Positions 26,125 through 39,130 of a DNA stretch of 64,000 bases are shown piece after piece (within the stretch, counting starts at the first letter, position 1; every line of letters begins with the position of its first letter). The stretch is from Octopus bimaculoides. Its lineage: Eukaryota. A program made the position numbers and the translations under genes. The DNA lies in the NCBI RefSeq assembly GCF_001194135.2, contig NC_068990.1:75908008-75972007 (forward strand), in the 5' to 3' direction. The notes under the pieces are model-generated. The model saw nothing but the letters and a program-made list of their open reading frames with translations, searched no databases and had not been told where the DNA came from.

Positions 26125-26881
26125 CATTATTGTTATTGACTTTCAGCTTTGGTGTTCGTTACAACGTGTATATCGATGATTTCCAATTCACTTCATTTGC
26201 AAAGATATCTAATGTTTTGAAGGTGGAGTACATTATGTCAAATAATTAATGAATAGCCGGGATATAGGGTACAAAATATACTGCAGTGTGTAAACCTTTG
26301 TTCCAATAAAACTGTAATTGTTTCGTTTTGTTTTGTTTATTGGATTTTATTTTCCTGCCATTCAAAGCGATTGCACATTTTTAATCATCTGCATTAATCG
26401 CGGAGAATATCACAGTTCAAACGGTATGCTTCTCAGTTGAAGCTAGTTCAATCCACTTGCACCAATAATACACTGGAGAGAACAGTAAAGCCGTCAAACG
26501 TAGTGTATAGCCTTCCAACGGCGCCGTCTTTGTCTTTCTTTACAAACATATCGCTCTGTCTCTGAGTACGAAGTATATAAATTTATTTTATACATTGATA
26601 CAAGGTCAAACTTTACATAAGAGGGGCATAATAGATTGAATCATCTATTATTACGTGATAGGTAGTTATTTTATCGACACAGGAGAAACGAGAGGGGGTA
26701 TTTGAACTCAGAAACATAAAAATATTACTAAATATCCCTAAGACGGTATAATGTGTTCTGTTGAGCGAATATTTGAAGTGCTCGGCTCATTATGTAAAGT
26801 TAAGAGACACGGTTTCAATCTGGAGTAGCAACAAAGCTCTTAAAACGCTTAACAAAAGGAGAAAAAAAACATAAGGGTAAA

Positions 26882-27200
26882 TCGACCCCCAGGACTTATT
26901 CTTTGGAACCCTAGTACTTATTCTATCGGTCTCTTTTGCCGAACCGCTAAGTTACGAGGACGTAAACACACCACCATCGGTTGTCAAGCAATGGTGGGGG
27001 GACAAATACAGACACGCAAACACACATACATATATATATATACATACATATATACGACGGGCTTCTTTCAGTTTCCGTCTACCAAATCCACTCACAAGGC
27101 TTTGGTCGGCTCGAAGCTATAGTAGAAGACACTTGCCCAAGGTACCACGCAGTGAGACTGAACCCGGAACCATGTGGTTGGTAAGCAAGCTACTTACCAC
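26882..27200 (-). mobile_element. SINE family A (head runs into gap)
   Basis: Reverse complement of the family A body; little diverged. Confidence 0.85.
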
Positions 27201-27717
27201 NNNNNNNNNNNNNNNNNNNNNNNNNNNNNNNNNNNNNNNNNNNNNNNNNNNNNNNNNNNNNNNNNNNNNNNNNNNNNNNNNNNNNNNNNNNNNNNNNNNN
27301 NNNNNNNNNNNNNNNNNNNNNNNNNNNNNNNNNNNNNNNNNNNNNNNNNNNNNNNNNNNNNNNNNNNNNNNNNNNNNNNNNNNNNNNNNNNNNNNNNNNN
27401 NNNNNNNNNNNNNNNNNNNNNNNNNNNNNNNNNNNNNNNNNNNNNNNNNNNNNNNNNNNNNNNNNNNNNNNNNNNNNNNNNNNNNNNNNNNNNNNNNNNN
27501 NNNNNNNNNNNNNNNNNNNNNNNNNNNNNNNNNNNNNNNNNNNNNNNNNNNNNNNNNNNNNNNNNNNNNNNNNNNNNNNNNNNNNNNNNNNNNNNNNNNN
27601 NNNNNNNNNNNNNNNNNNNNNNNNNNNNNNNNNNNNNNNNNNNNNNNNNNNNNNNNNNNNNNNNNNNNNNNNNNNNNNNNNNNNNNNNNNNNNNNNNNTA
27701 TATATATATATATATAT

Positions 27718-28130
27718 GCAGGCGTGGCTGTGTGGTAAGAAGTTTGTTTTCCAACCATATTGGTTCCGCGCTCAGTCTGATTGTGTGGCGTTTCGGGCAA
27801 GTGTTGTCTGCTATAACCTCGGGCTGACCAAAGCGTTGTGAATGGATTTGATAGATGGAAACTGAAAGAAGACCGTCGTATATGTATATATGTATATATT
27901 TATGTGCATGAGTCTTTGTGTCTGTGTTCTTCCTCTTCCCCATCACCGCTTGACAATCTGTTAATTGGTGTGCTTACGTCGCCGTAACTTAGCGGTTCGG
28001 TGCCCGATAGAATAAGTACAAGGCTTACAAAGAATAAGTCCTGGTGTCCATTATTTCAACTAAGAAACCATTTAAGGTGGTGCTCCAACATGGCCGTAAA
28101 CAAATGACTTAGACAAGCAAGTAAAAGAAT
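27718..28130 (+). mobile_element. tRNA-headed SINE family A, full length
   Basis: Head GCAGGCGTGGCTGTGTGGTAAG, internal AACTGAAAGAAG-CCGTCGTATATG microsatellite, GTAACTTAGCGGTTCG and tail GGTGCTCCA-CATGGCC...GTAAAAGA. These are shared with the copies at 26882, 35437, 47715 and 54376. Confidence 0.85.
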
Positions 28131-28267
28131 ATGGGCATAGATACACACACACAGTACGCAATCATGTATACATATGCACAAACATATATGCACATATAGG
28201 TTTGTGCGTAATGTTTGTTTGTGTCTACATATTTATGCATACATACATACATACATATATGTATATA

Positions 28268-28366
28268 GGCACAGGAGTGGCTGTGTGGTAAGTAGCTTGC
28301 GTACCAACCACATTCCTGCGGGTTCGGTCTCACTGCGTAGCACCTTGGGCAAGTGCCTTCTACTGT
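28268..28366 (+). mobile_element. SINE family A head (cut by gap)
   Basis: GGCACAGGAGTGGCTGTGTGGTAAGTAGCTTGC...GGGTTCGGTCTCACTGCG, with Pol III A/B-box-like motifs. Confidence 0.8.
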
Positions 28367-29141
28367 NNNNNNNNNNNNNNNNNNNNNNNNNNNNNNNNNN
28401 NNNNNNNNNNNNNNNNNNNNNNNNNNNNNNNNNNNNNNNNNNNNNNNNNNNNNNNNNNNNNNNNNNNNNNNNNNNNNNNNNNNNNNNNNNNNNNNNNNNN
28501 NNNNNNNNNNNNNNNNNNNNNNNNNNNNNNNNNNNNNNNNNNNNNNNNNNNNNNNNNNNNNNNNNNNNNNNNNNNNNNNNNNNNNNNNNNNNNNNNNNNN
28601 NNNNNNNNNNNNNNNNNNNNNNNNNNNNNNNNNNNNNNNNNNNNNNNNNNNNNNNNNNNNNNNNNNNNNNNNNNNNNNNNNNNNNNNNNNNNNNNNNNNN
28701 NNNNNNNNNNNNNNNNNNNNNNNNNNNNNNNNNNNNNNNNNNNNNNNNNNNNNNNNNNNNNNNNNNNNNNNNNNNNNNNNNNNNNNNNNNNNNNNNNNNN
28801 NNNNNNNNNNNNNNNNNNNNNNNNNNNNNNNNNNNNNNNNNNNNNNNNNNNNNNNNNNNNNNNNNNNNNNNNNNNNNNNNNNNNNNNNNNNNNNNNNNNN
28901 NNNNNNNNNNNNNNNNNNNNNNNNNNNNNNNNNNNNNNNNNNNNNNAATTATTTTATTTGCTAATTTGAGTTTGATACCTAGGTATAGCTGTAGAAAAAC
29001 AAGTTAAAAGTTTGTTTTTTTATTTTTCATTCCGTTCGAAATTGCTCTTAAATGCAGTTTTGATCGTTTTGACTGTTGCTTCTATCGTGTAAGGCTGCCT
29101 GTTAAAGTTCGCCTCTTTTGTATTTAAATGTACACTAATTT

Positions 29142-29252
29142 GAAAGGGAAAGTTGACTTCGGCGGAATTTGAACTCAGAACGTAACGGCAGACGAAATAC
29201 CGCTAAGCATTTCGCCCGGCGTGCTAACGTTTCTGCCAGCTCGCTGCCTTAC
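29142..29252 (-). mobile_element. SINE family B head
   Basis: Reverse complement of GGCAGCGAGCTGGCAGAAACGTTAGCACGCCGGGCGAAATGCTTAGCGGTATTTCG...GAGTTCAAATTCCGCCGAAGTCAAC. Confidence 0.85.
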
Positions 29253-29502
29253 TGTGGTTAGTTTCTGTCTATCTTTCTAACCATCTCTGTGCGCATGTGC
29301 ACACAGGCGTGCTAGCCAGTTTCACTATTCACCTCAGTCTACATGTACACACCCAGACATATCGAGTTATAATTCACACATATATAATCAATATACACAT
29401 CTATACACCGATACCGGAGCACACTTCTACGCACATCCGCATATATATAAATGTACATTCGTACAGGCACACATTTATCCACATATCTCTCTCCCTCTGT
29501 GT

Positions 29503-29597
<95 letters not shown>

Positions 29598-29968
29598 TAC
29601 GTGCCACATTATGTGTGTGCACGCGCATGTGTGTGTGCATGCGCATGTGTGTCTGTGTGCGCGCGCGCGTTCCTAATTATTTTATATGGTTTTGTATTTC
29701 GCACTCTACTTCACCATCAGCAATATATGTAATTACCATATACCCAGAGAGAAAGAGAAAGAGAGAGACGGAGAGAGGGATGGAGAGGGAGAGAGGGGTA
29801 ACAAGAGAGAGAAAGAGAGAGAGAAGACAGTCACGGATAACTTACTAAATGGCGAAAGAGTTTGTAAAATCCATTAATAATAACAATAAAGTGAATCACT
29901 TTGTAATTATTATTGTTTCGTTGGCACTGTGTTTCTATTTGTACATCAACCCTCCGAAAAAAAATTTG

Positions 29969-30000
<32 letters not shown>

Positions 30001-30214
30001 TGTATGTATGTATGTTTGTATGATATGTATGTATATATGTGTGTATACATATGTATATATACATAAATATATATATATATGTGTGTGTATATACATACGA
30101 ACATATTATATCCATATATATAGATGTATATATACGTATGTATGTATGTATGTATGTATGTATGTATGTATGTATGTATGTGTGTATGTATATATGTGTA
30201 TATGTATGCATAGG

Positions 30215-31250
30215 GACGTCAGATAAAGTTGTTCCCTTCTTTCCAATGTTATTTGAATTAACGCGAAAAAAATATATATCGTTGTGCTGTTTTTAGTGTT
30301 TTCTTTTCTTTTATGGCTTCATTCTTCCTCTACAACTTTTCTGTATAGTTTTTGAAACTCGAATAGATTTTCATCTCTTTTCAGACATATTAACAATGTT
30401 AAGTAGACAAATAGTCCAAAAACAAAAAATGAGCATTTTTAACACGGCTTCTGTTCGCTTTCAGTCAAATTTCAGAAGATTCAAAGATGATGAGACATTT
30501 GTTCGGTGAACGGACAGAATTGCATAGAAATGGTTTTCACGCTTTAAGGAGATGAAATTCGACCATACATCCACTTCAGTTCAATGAGCATTGATCAAAT
30601 AATCTTGTCCACGAGAGTCCGCGCTAATCCACTAGGGAGTTAGTTCAACAAATGAGACGCTCTCATGATACTGTCGCCTGTCACCTTCACACAAGATAAG
30701 ATCCAAAATTTCGCTGCATCGATGACAAATGCTCTGATAGAAAGAGACAAGTTCCAGCACTTCTCTATCGCCACCAGTTCGCTCAATCGCCATTAAGCTA
30801 ATCGTGGACACAGATAGAGATTTTTTACCGCATCATCACCGGCGACTGAAATTTGATGCCTTTATGCCAATATGAAACAAATGAAAGAGTGGCTGAGCCC
30901 CGACAAGCAAGCAACACCTCGAGCCAAGCCACAGATACATTCATTCAAGCCAATGATATGCACTTGATAGAATTCAAAAGGGCTAATCCACTGCGAAATA
31001 CTTGAAAACAACCACATACTCAATACAGGAATTTACGTTCGACAAATGCACCGATTCTATGTGGCAATTCCTCTGAAAGGCCCGACCCGCGACACGGCGT
31101 GCTTCTTCAACAAGACAACGCTCGCCCCTACCTCGTTAATTTGACCAAAAATGCTATCCAAGGGCTTTTTGGGGAGGGTCTGTCTTAGCTACAGTATTCT
31201 ATTGATATAGCGCCTAAAGGTTATCTTCTTCAGTCGCTCTGCAAAAGTTT
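30215..31250 (+). mobile_element. Mariner (DD34D-type) transposon fossil
   Basis: RIITGD* (~30829), KEWLSPDKQATPRAKP, VLLQQDNARPY (~31099-31131) and a decayed YSIDIAP-GY third-aspartate motif (~31195-31230). Confidence 0.8.
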
Positions 31251-32006
31251 GCGAGTTGTTGATAGTAGTAGAAATAATTGTCATTCTATCTCTAATTCCT
31301 CTCCAATCGATATAGTTGGTAGCAGTAATATTAATAACCGCATCATTTCTCTAGACTCCGTACTCAGCCGCTTCGATAGATCCAACGACATGAAATGAAC
31401 CTGTCTCACTAAGCTACCAATCATAAAATGATGTATATCCCGCCATGCGTAGACTAAAGACTGAGAGGCAGAATTTTCATAAGCTAAAAAAAAGTAAATA
31501 AAGTAAAATAAAATAGCTTCTTGAGCAACACGTTAGGAAACATTGAGTGACAAGAGCCTACGAGATTGGGATCGGCAATGAATGGCATAAGAAAGCCGAG
31601 CAATGTAATAGAAATAATGAAATATTACATTTTGTCTTGAACAAATCCTACAGAACTCATGTGTATTGATTGCAAAACTGCGCCTAGTCTAAGCTGCCGC
31701 ATATCAATAACATGAGAACGATAACGCCCGAAGAGAATTAAAAGAGATTACAGCACAGTAATGTCCTTATAGAAATCTAGTGTAGCATTCTTCAACCGAG
31801 GACGCGGGTTTAAAACAACTCTCAAATCACCAACAATTACATATCTGCATTATCTATATTTTGAAGAAGCATAAGTCTATATTTGATCTCGTTACTAGAA
31901 ACCTACTCTGGCCTGTTTGTGGGCACACCGTCGCCAGCAACTCCAGATACTAAATTTCGTCTCGATAAGTGTAGACCCAGTAACAAAATAATATCTCTGG
32001 ACGCGT

Positions 32007-32406
32007 AAGGCGGTGAGATGGTAGAAACGTTAACGCACCGGACGAATGCTTAGCGGTATTTCGTCTGCCGTTACGTTCTGAGTTCAAATTCCGCCGAGGT
32101 CGACTTTGCCTTTCATCTTTCGGAGTCGATAAATTAAGTACCAGTTACGAACTGGGGTCGATGTAATCAGCTTAATCCCTTTGTCTGTCCTTGTTTGTCC
32201 CCTCTGTAAATTAGCCCCTTGTGGGCAATAAAGAAATAAGAAACGTTAGCACGTTTTTATGTTCTACGTTGAAATTCCGCCGAGGTCGACTTTGCCTTTC
32301 ATCCTTTCGGGGTCGATAAATTAAGTATCAGTTGCGTACTGGGGTCGATCTAATCGACTGGCCTCCCTCCTCGAAAATTTCAGGCTTTGTTCCTAGAGTA
32401 GAAAAG
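32007..32406 (+). mobile_element. Dimeric SINE family B insertion with 17-bp TSD
   Basis: Two tandem AAATTCCGCCGAGGTCGACTTTGCCTTTCATC bodies with different tails, flanked by AATATCTCTGGACGCGT at 31990-32006 and 32407-32423. Confidence 0.88.
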
Positions 32407-34123
32407 AATATCTCTGGACGCGTGTATTTCGTCTGTCTTCATGTTCTGAGTTCAAATTCCACCGATGTCAACAAACGGGATATATTTTCCGTGACAAAAC
32501 GCAGTGATTAGTTCGTTCTCCAGTTCGAACGTGCCTCGAGCATATTCGGACTGATAATAACATTACAATGAGGTATTAATCTTGTACGTGTCAGCTCAGC
32601 GAACTTCAGAAGCATTTACAGGGCTTCATTCGTTGTATGCAATTCCGTAGACATAGCCAAAAGGACCGGATCAGATTGTAAACAGTCACCAAGAATAGAT
32701 TCAAATTTATCGTCAGTAACGATGTTAATAACGGATATGCTATATCCTGGAACAAATTCTGTAACAGATTACAAAGGTAAAACATAAATCTAGACTAAAG
32801 AGTCTTGAAGTATGACGTGTTACAGTGCTAGTGGGAAATATTTGACGGTAACACACCTAATTAGTTCGTCATAACCATTTCTGTAAACACTCCGTACCAC
32901 CAGTAATTGCCGAAGAAACACCTAATATTTTGGCAAAATCCCTTGTCTTGAACTACTCTTCCGTTTATTTTCAGTACAGTGGCTGCATTATAGAATGTTT
33001 CATCATTACAGTTTCTTCTACAAATTGCTTATCTAATTGTTATTGTGGCTGTTTAGTCCAACAGTCCTATGAAAGAAAAAGAAATTCCGTCAATATCAAC
33101 CCTTTCCTTTGTTTTTCAATCTATGTATTTAAGACATCATTCAATGTGTTCTGTTATGTAAGACGGTAGGATGGAATACGAGATAAAACCTCATTGCTTT
33201 CTTGGAAAGATCGACCGACCACGTTAAGATTCCTTCTTCGTTCTGTGCCTAATCCTTGTTGATTTTGTTTAGCCCAGGGCTGATCATTGCCGAGCAGAAG
33301 TGTAATGAAAAGGTAATCATCCCATTTTGTTTTCTAAATTTGTTAGGAACAATGTATCCAGGATTATATTATCCAATGCCTTTTCTTTTTTTTAAACCGA
33401 TGGAATTGTGTAGCCTAACGTACAATTTGCTTATTATTTCTGGGACGAGATGCGACACAAGTGAAATAACCCTCATACTTTTGTATCTAGTTATTGATGT
33501 TGTTGTTGCTGTCGTTTAATTTTCTTTCTTTCGTTTTTTGCTATAACGATGATGATGATGATGAGACAGAGGATGGGAAGGAACAGGAGGGAAAGGACGA
33601 TGTTTCGGTTATAGAGTTGCTATTTCTAGCAGGATCAGAGACTCCGTATTTGCTCTGTTGTTGGCTTCGGTCATTGCAATAATTGGAATTGGAATCTTCT
33701 TGATAATTCCAGAAAGGTCAAGCGACCATCTCGAAACTTACAATCTCATTGTTCGGTGTCTGGTTTTACGCAATTCCAGTCTAGCATTTCTAATTGAAAT
33801 ATCTTACTAGAACACAAGAATACTTGTGTATTTCTCTTGTTTTTTTCTTCTTCTCCGACACATTCTTTCGGCCGCCCAAGTTGATCTCTCTACTTTAAAT
33901 GCTTACAACGATCTGGATATATATTTTTTGCAGTCGGTTTCTAAACTACATTTCCAGCATGCTGTACTCAGTCACCGCTTTCAGCATAAATATTAAGCAA
34001 TTTTCCAATTTTTTTTTTATGTTTTGATCTGGATAATATATGTGCATTGATCGATGTAATTCATACGTAGATCATGCATACAGAAACACATGCATATATA
34101 TATCATGTGTGTGTATAAGTATA

Positions 34124-34155
<32 letters not shown>

Positions 34156-35436
34156 NNNNNNNNNNNNNNNNNNNNNNNNNNNNNNNNNNNNNNNNNNNNN
34201 NNNNNNNNNNNNNNNNNNNNNNNNNNNNNNNNNNNNNNNNNNNNNNNNNNNNNNNNNNNNNNNNNNNNNNNNNNNNNNNNNNNNNNNNNNNNNNNNNNNN
34301 NNNNNNNNNNNNNNNNNNNNNNNNNNNNNNNNNNNNNNNNNNNNNNNNNNNNNNNNNNNNNNNNNNNNNNNNNNNNNNNNNNNNNNNNNNNNNNNNNNNN
34401 NNNNNNNNNNNNNNNNNNNNNNNNNNNNNNNNNNNNNNNNNNNNNNNNNNNNNNNNNNNNNNNNNNNNNNNNNNNNNNNNNNNNNNNNNNNNNNNNNNNN
34501 NNNNNNNNNNNNNNNNNNNNNNNNNNNNNNNNNNNNNNNNNNNNNNNNNNNNNNNNNNNNNNNNNNNNNNNNNNNNNNNNNNNNNNNNNNNNNNNNNNNN
34601 NNNNNNNNNNNNNNNNNNNNNNNNNNNNNNNNNNNNNNNNNNNNNNNNNNNNNNNNNNNNNNNNNNNNNNNNNNNNNNNNNNNNNNNNNNNNNNNNNNNN
34701 NNNNNNNNNNNNNNNNNNNNNNNNNNNNNNNNNNNNNNNNNNNNNNNNNNNNNNNNNNNNNNNNNNNNNNNNNNNNNNNNNNNNNNNNNNNNNNNNNNNN
34801 NNNNNNNNNNNNNNNNNNNNNNNNNNNNNNNNNNNNNNNNNNNNNNNNNNNNNNNNNNNNNNNNNNNNNNNNNNNNNNNNNNNNNNNNNNNNNNNNNNNN
34901 NNNNNNNNNNNNNNNNNNNNNNNNNNNNNNNNNNNNNNNNNNNNNNATATATATATATATACATTCATATATGCCCGTATGTTATTCGTATAATGTCTCT
35001 GTCTATCAAAATACCTGTGTATCTGTCTATATAGGAACAACCATGTGCGTGTATATATTTACTATTCACATCTAGTTACATAACCCTTCTTTGATGTATA
35101 AATTTATTTTCAAGCCACGCGTTGAAAGAGAAGCCATCATTTTTCACCTTGCTCTTCTGCCTAATCGTTCTGTTTCACCTAACTTCAAGTCTATAATGTC
35201 TTCACTAAGGCGCCATTCACAGACTACATTGTAAACGAAAAGAATCACTAAATTCACAAGCGTACATTCCTTCTTGTAACTTTGTTTTAATTTAGCCATT
35301 CTCTTTAATATCAAACTAATATAACTTTCCTGCTTTGGTAATTTTATGGTTACGTTGAGATGTATGATATACAAATATGTAGGTACGTATATGCATATAT
35401 ACGTCTGTGTGGGGGCGTGCATACGCGGGTGTGTAT

Positions 35437-35599
35437 GCGCAGGCGTGGCTACGTGGTAATAAGTTTGGTTCCCAACCACATGGTTACAGGTTCAGTCCCA
35501 TTGTGTGGCACCTTGGACAAGTATCTTCTACTACAGCCTCGGACTGACCAAAGCCATGTGAGTGAATTTGATAGACGGAAACTGAAAGAAGCCCGTCGT

Positions 35600-35633
<34 letters not shown>

Positions 35634-35853
35634 GTATATATGTATATGTACATACAACTATGTGTCTGTGTTTGTCACTCACCCTATCAGCATTTCACAA
35701 ACGGGGTTGGTGTGCTTATGTGCCCGTAACTCAGAATAAGTATTAGGATTAAAAAATAAGTCCTACCGTCGATTTGTTCTACGAAAACCCGTCAACGTGG
35801 TGCTCCAGCATGGCCGCAGTTAAATGACTGAAAAATGTAAAAAATAAAAGAAT
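35437..35853 (+). mobile_element. SINE family A, full length
   Basis: Same head, internal (CA)n and tail blocks as the other family A copies. Confidence 0.85.
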
Positions 35854-36026
35854 ATATATATATATCTCGTATGTATGTATATGTATGTGTGTGTAAGTAT
35901 ATTGTCTTATTTCTTACTTGTCTCAGTCATTACACTGCGGCCATGCTGTTGCACTGGCCTTGAAGGGTTGTAGTCGAACACCATACAAATGTGTTTATAC
36001 ATAGCTATATATACATACCTATATAC

Positions 36027-36082
<56 letters not shown>

Positions 36083-36887
36083 NNNNNNNNNNNNNNNNNN
36101 NNNNNNNNNNNNNNNNNNNNNNNNNNNNNNNNNNNNNNNNNNNNNNNNNNNNNNNNNNNNNNNNNNNNNNNNNNNNNNNNNNNNNNNNNNNNNNNNNNNN
36201 NNNNNNNNNNNNNNNNNNNNNNNNNNNNNNNNNNNNNNNNNNNNNNNNNNNNNNNNNNNNNNNNNNNNNNNNNNNNNNNNNNNNNNNNNNNNNNNNNNNN
36301 NNNNNNNNNNNNNNNNNNNNNNNNNNNNNNNNNNNNNNNNNNNNNNNNNNNNNNNNNNNNNNNNNNNNNNNNNNNNNNNNNNNNNNNNNNNNNNNNNNNN
36401 NNNNNNNNNNNNNNNNNNNNNNNNNNNNNNNNNNNNNNNNNNNNNNNNNNNNNNNNNNNNNNNNNNNNNNNNNNNNNNNNNNNNNNNNNNNNNNNNNNNN
36501 NNNNNNNNNNNNNNNNNNNNNNNNNNNNNNNNNNNNNNNNNNNNNNNNNNNNNNNNNNNNNNNNNNNNNNNNNNNNNNNNNNNNNNNNNNNNNNNNNNNN
36601 NNNNNNNNNNNNNNNNNNNNNNNNNNNNNNNNNNNNNNNNNNNNNNNNNNNNNNNNNNNNNNNNNNNNNNNNNNNNNNNNNNNNNNNNNNNNNNNNNNNN
36701 NNNNNNNNNNNNNNNNNNNNNNNNNNNNNNNNNNNNNNNNNNNNNNNNNNNNNNNNNNNNNNNNNNNNNNNNNNNNNNNNNNNNNNNNNNNNNNNNNNNN
36801 NNNNNNNNNNNNNNNNNNNNNNNNNNNNNNNNNNNNNNNNNNNNNNNNNNNNNNNNNNNNNNNNNNNNNNNNNNNATATATATAATA

Positions 36888-37079
36888 CAAAGAATATATA
36901 TACATGTATACACACATATATGTACATACTTACATCTACATGTGTATATACATGCATATCAGGGTACAGGACGTTAGAACAATAAACTACAGACAACGGA
37001 ACGAACACATAGGAAAACGGAAAGCCACTTGGAATATCCCTTCATCAGCTGTCTCTATTCTATCTAGACGTTTCGAAGA
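36888..37079 (-). mobile_element. ~200-bp (TA)n-anchored repeat, copy 2
   Basis: Base-for-base match to 10801-10992; starts 12 bp after the N-gap ending at 36875. Confidence 0.8.
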
Positions 37080-37087
37080 TAAGACAG

Positions 37088-37119
<32 letters not shown>

Positions 37120-37140
37120 TTGTATACATACATACATACA

Positions 37141-37171
<31 letters not shown>

Positions 37172-38159
37172 GCATATATATGTAAATCCTGGTATATGTC
37201 TATATGTGTATACAGACACACCTACAATTCTCTTATGTACATTATGTTTGTTGTGTTGTTGTCATACATATCTGTAACCCAGACTGCTATACTGTTTCCT
37301 TTATCAGATGTGTAATGCTATTTTCGTTTATGCTTTTTTCTTTTTCAGCATATGATATAGTTAGGTTTTCTTTTTTTCAACTGCTCAATAAGAGAAAAAG
37401 ACGATGTCTTTTTTTCTTTTAAGTAAAAAGAAATACTTTCTATTTATAGTATCTTGTTTACAACACAATTTCATTGAAGATTTTCAGTAAACATGGCTAA
37501 TGAAAGATCACAAAATCCAATTTATTCGTATTTACATTGATATATAGTTCTCCACCAACCAATATATTTTCTTGAGTGTCACGAAAATAAAATTTAGCAG
37601 AACATATCTCTAGCGTCATATACTGAGTGCAAGAATCTGTAACATTTACGTGTTGTTCTTTTGGCCCATATCAGTCGTTATCAATGGAGCATCCATGCAT
37701 GACTAACCAGTATTTCTGTCCCCGGACGTAAGATATATATATGTGTGTGTGGGGGAGGCATATATATATATATATANNNNNNNNNNNNNNNNNNNNNNNN
37801 NNNNNNNNNNNNNNNNNNNNNNNNNNNNNNNNNNNNNNNNNNNNNNNNNNNNNNNNNNNNNNNNNNNNNNNNNNNNNNNNNNNNNNNNNNNNNNNNNNNN
37901 NNNNNNNNNNNNNNNNNNNNNNNNNNNNNNNNNNNNNNNNNNNNNNNNNNNNNNNNNNNNNNNNNNNNNNNNNNNNNNNNNNNNNNNNNNNNNNNNNNNN
38001 NNNNNNNNNNNNNNNNNNNNNNNNNNNNNNNNNNNNNNNNNNNNNNNNNNNNNNNNNNNNNNNNNNNNNNNNNNNNNNNNNNNNNNNNNNNNNNNNNNNN
38101 NNNNNNNTTCTCGTATATTTCATTTTCCATCTCCCTCACTTTTATATATATAGAGAGAA

Positions 38160-38243
<84 letters not shown>

Positions 38244-38343
38244 CATTGTAAACATACAAGCAGAATAGAAAGCGATTTTCTTAATGCAAGAATATTCTCT
38301 ATGTTTAAAACAGATATACTCGTTTTTGACGACACGAGAGTAC

Positions 38344-38399
38344 TATTCGGAATCTTGGGGTTAGTAGCCCGCGCTCTTGACCACTACACCATATGCCCG
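38344..38399 (-). mobile_element. Truncated tRNA-like SINE head
   Basis: Reverse complement GGGCATATGGTGTAGTGGTCAAGAGCGCGGGCTACTAACCCCAAGATTCCGA stops before the T-loop, so it is not a complete tRNA. Confidence 0.5.
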
Positions 38400-38607
38400 A
38401 GAGTACTTATTGTTTATATATTTTTTTTATTTTTATGAGATATGTCGCCAACATATGATCGCACTTGCATTGCGCTTTGAAGCAAGTCAACAACTTTTAT
38501 CATTTATTTTATAACTGTTACTTGTTTCAGTCACTGGACAGTTGCCATGCTAGTGGATTTGTCTTCTTACCTTCTGCATTTAAATTGATGTGATGATGAT
38601 GATGATG

Positions 38608-38663
<56 letters not shown>

Positions 38664-39001
38664 AAATATATACACGCACGCACACACGCACACACACACA
38701 TACGCATATATATATATATATATATAAGTATATATAGTCAATTCAAATAAACGAATAAAAAAACGAAAAACAACGAACGTAAGGACGTGCACAAGAAATT
38801 TATTAGCTTGACGCTTGGTGAAAGGACAGTTTGACGTTTCGAGTATAGCTCTTCGTCGGAAAAGAGAAAGGGAAAAATCTAAAGAAATCGCCAATATATA
38901 TGTATATGTATGTATGTACGTACGTATGTATGTATGTATGTATGTATGTATATATGTATGTATGCATGTGTGTATGCGTGTGCGTGTGCGTGACATTGTG
39001 A

Positions 39002-39130
39002 TGTGTTTGTCCCCCACCACCGCTAAACAAACTGATTGATGTTGGTGTGTTTATGTCCCCGTAACTTAGCGGTCCGACAAATGCCAGCCTTAAAAAAAAA
39101 AAGCAGCGGGGTCGACTCATTCGACAAAAG
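39002..39130 (+). mobile_element. SINE family A, 3' fragment
   Basis: TGTTTGTCCCCCACCACCGCT...GTTGGTGTGTTTATGTCCCCGTAACTTAGCGGT. Confidence 0.65.

Noticed and set aside
32520-33960. Coding-looking stretch, including SGIIKKIP, which might be a decayed RNF126 zinc-finger exon
   Set aside because: All frames have frequent stops, and no CxxC pairs can be placed without several assumed frameshifts. Part of it is a degraded CTGCTAGAAAT-family repeat also found at 61815.
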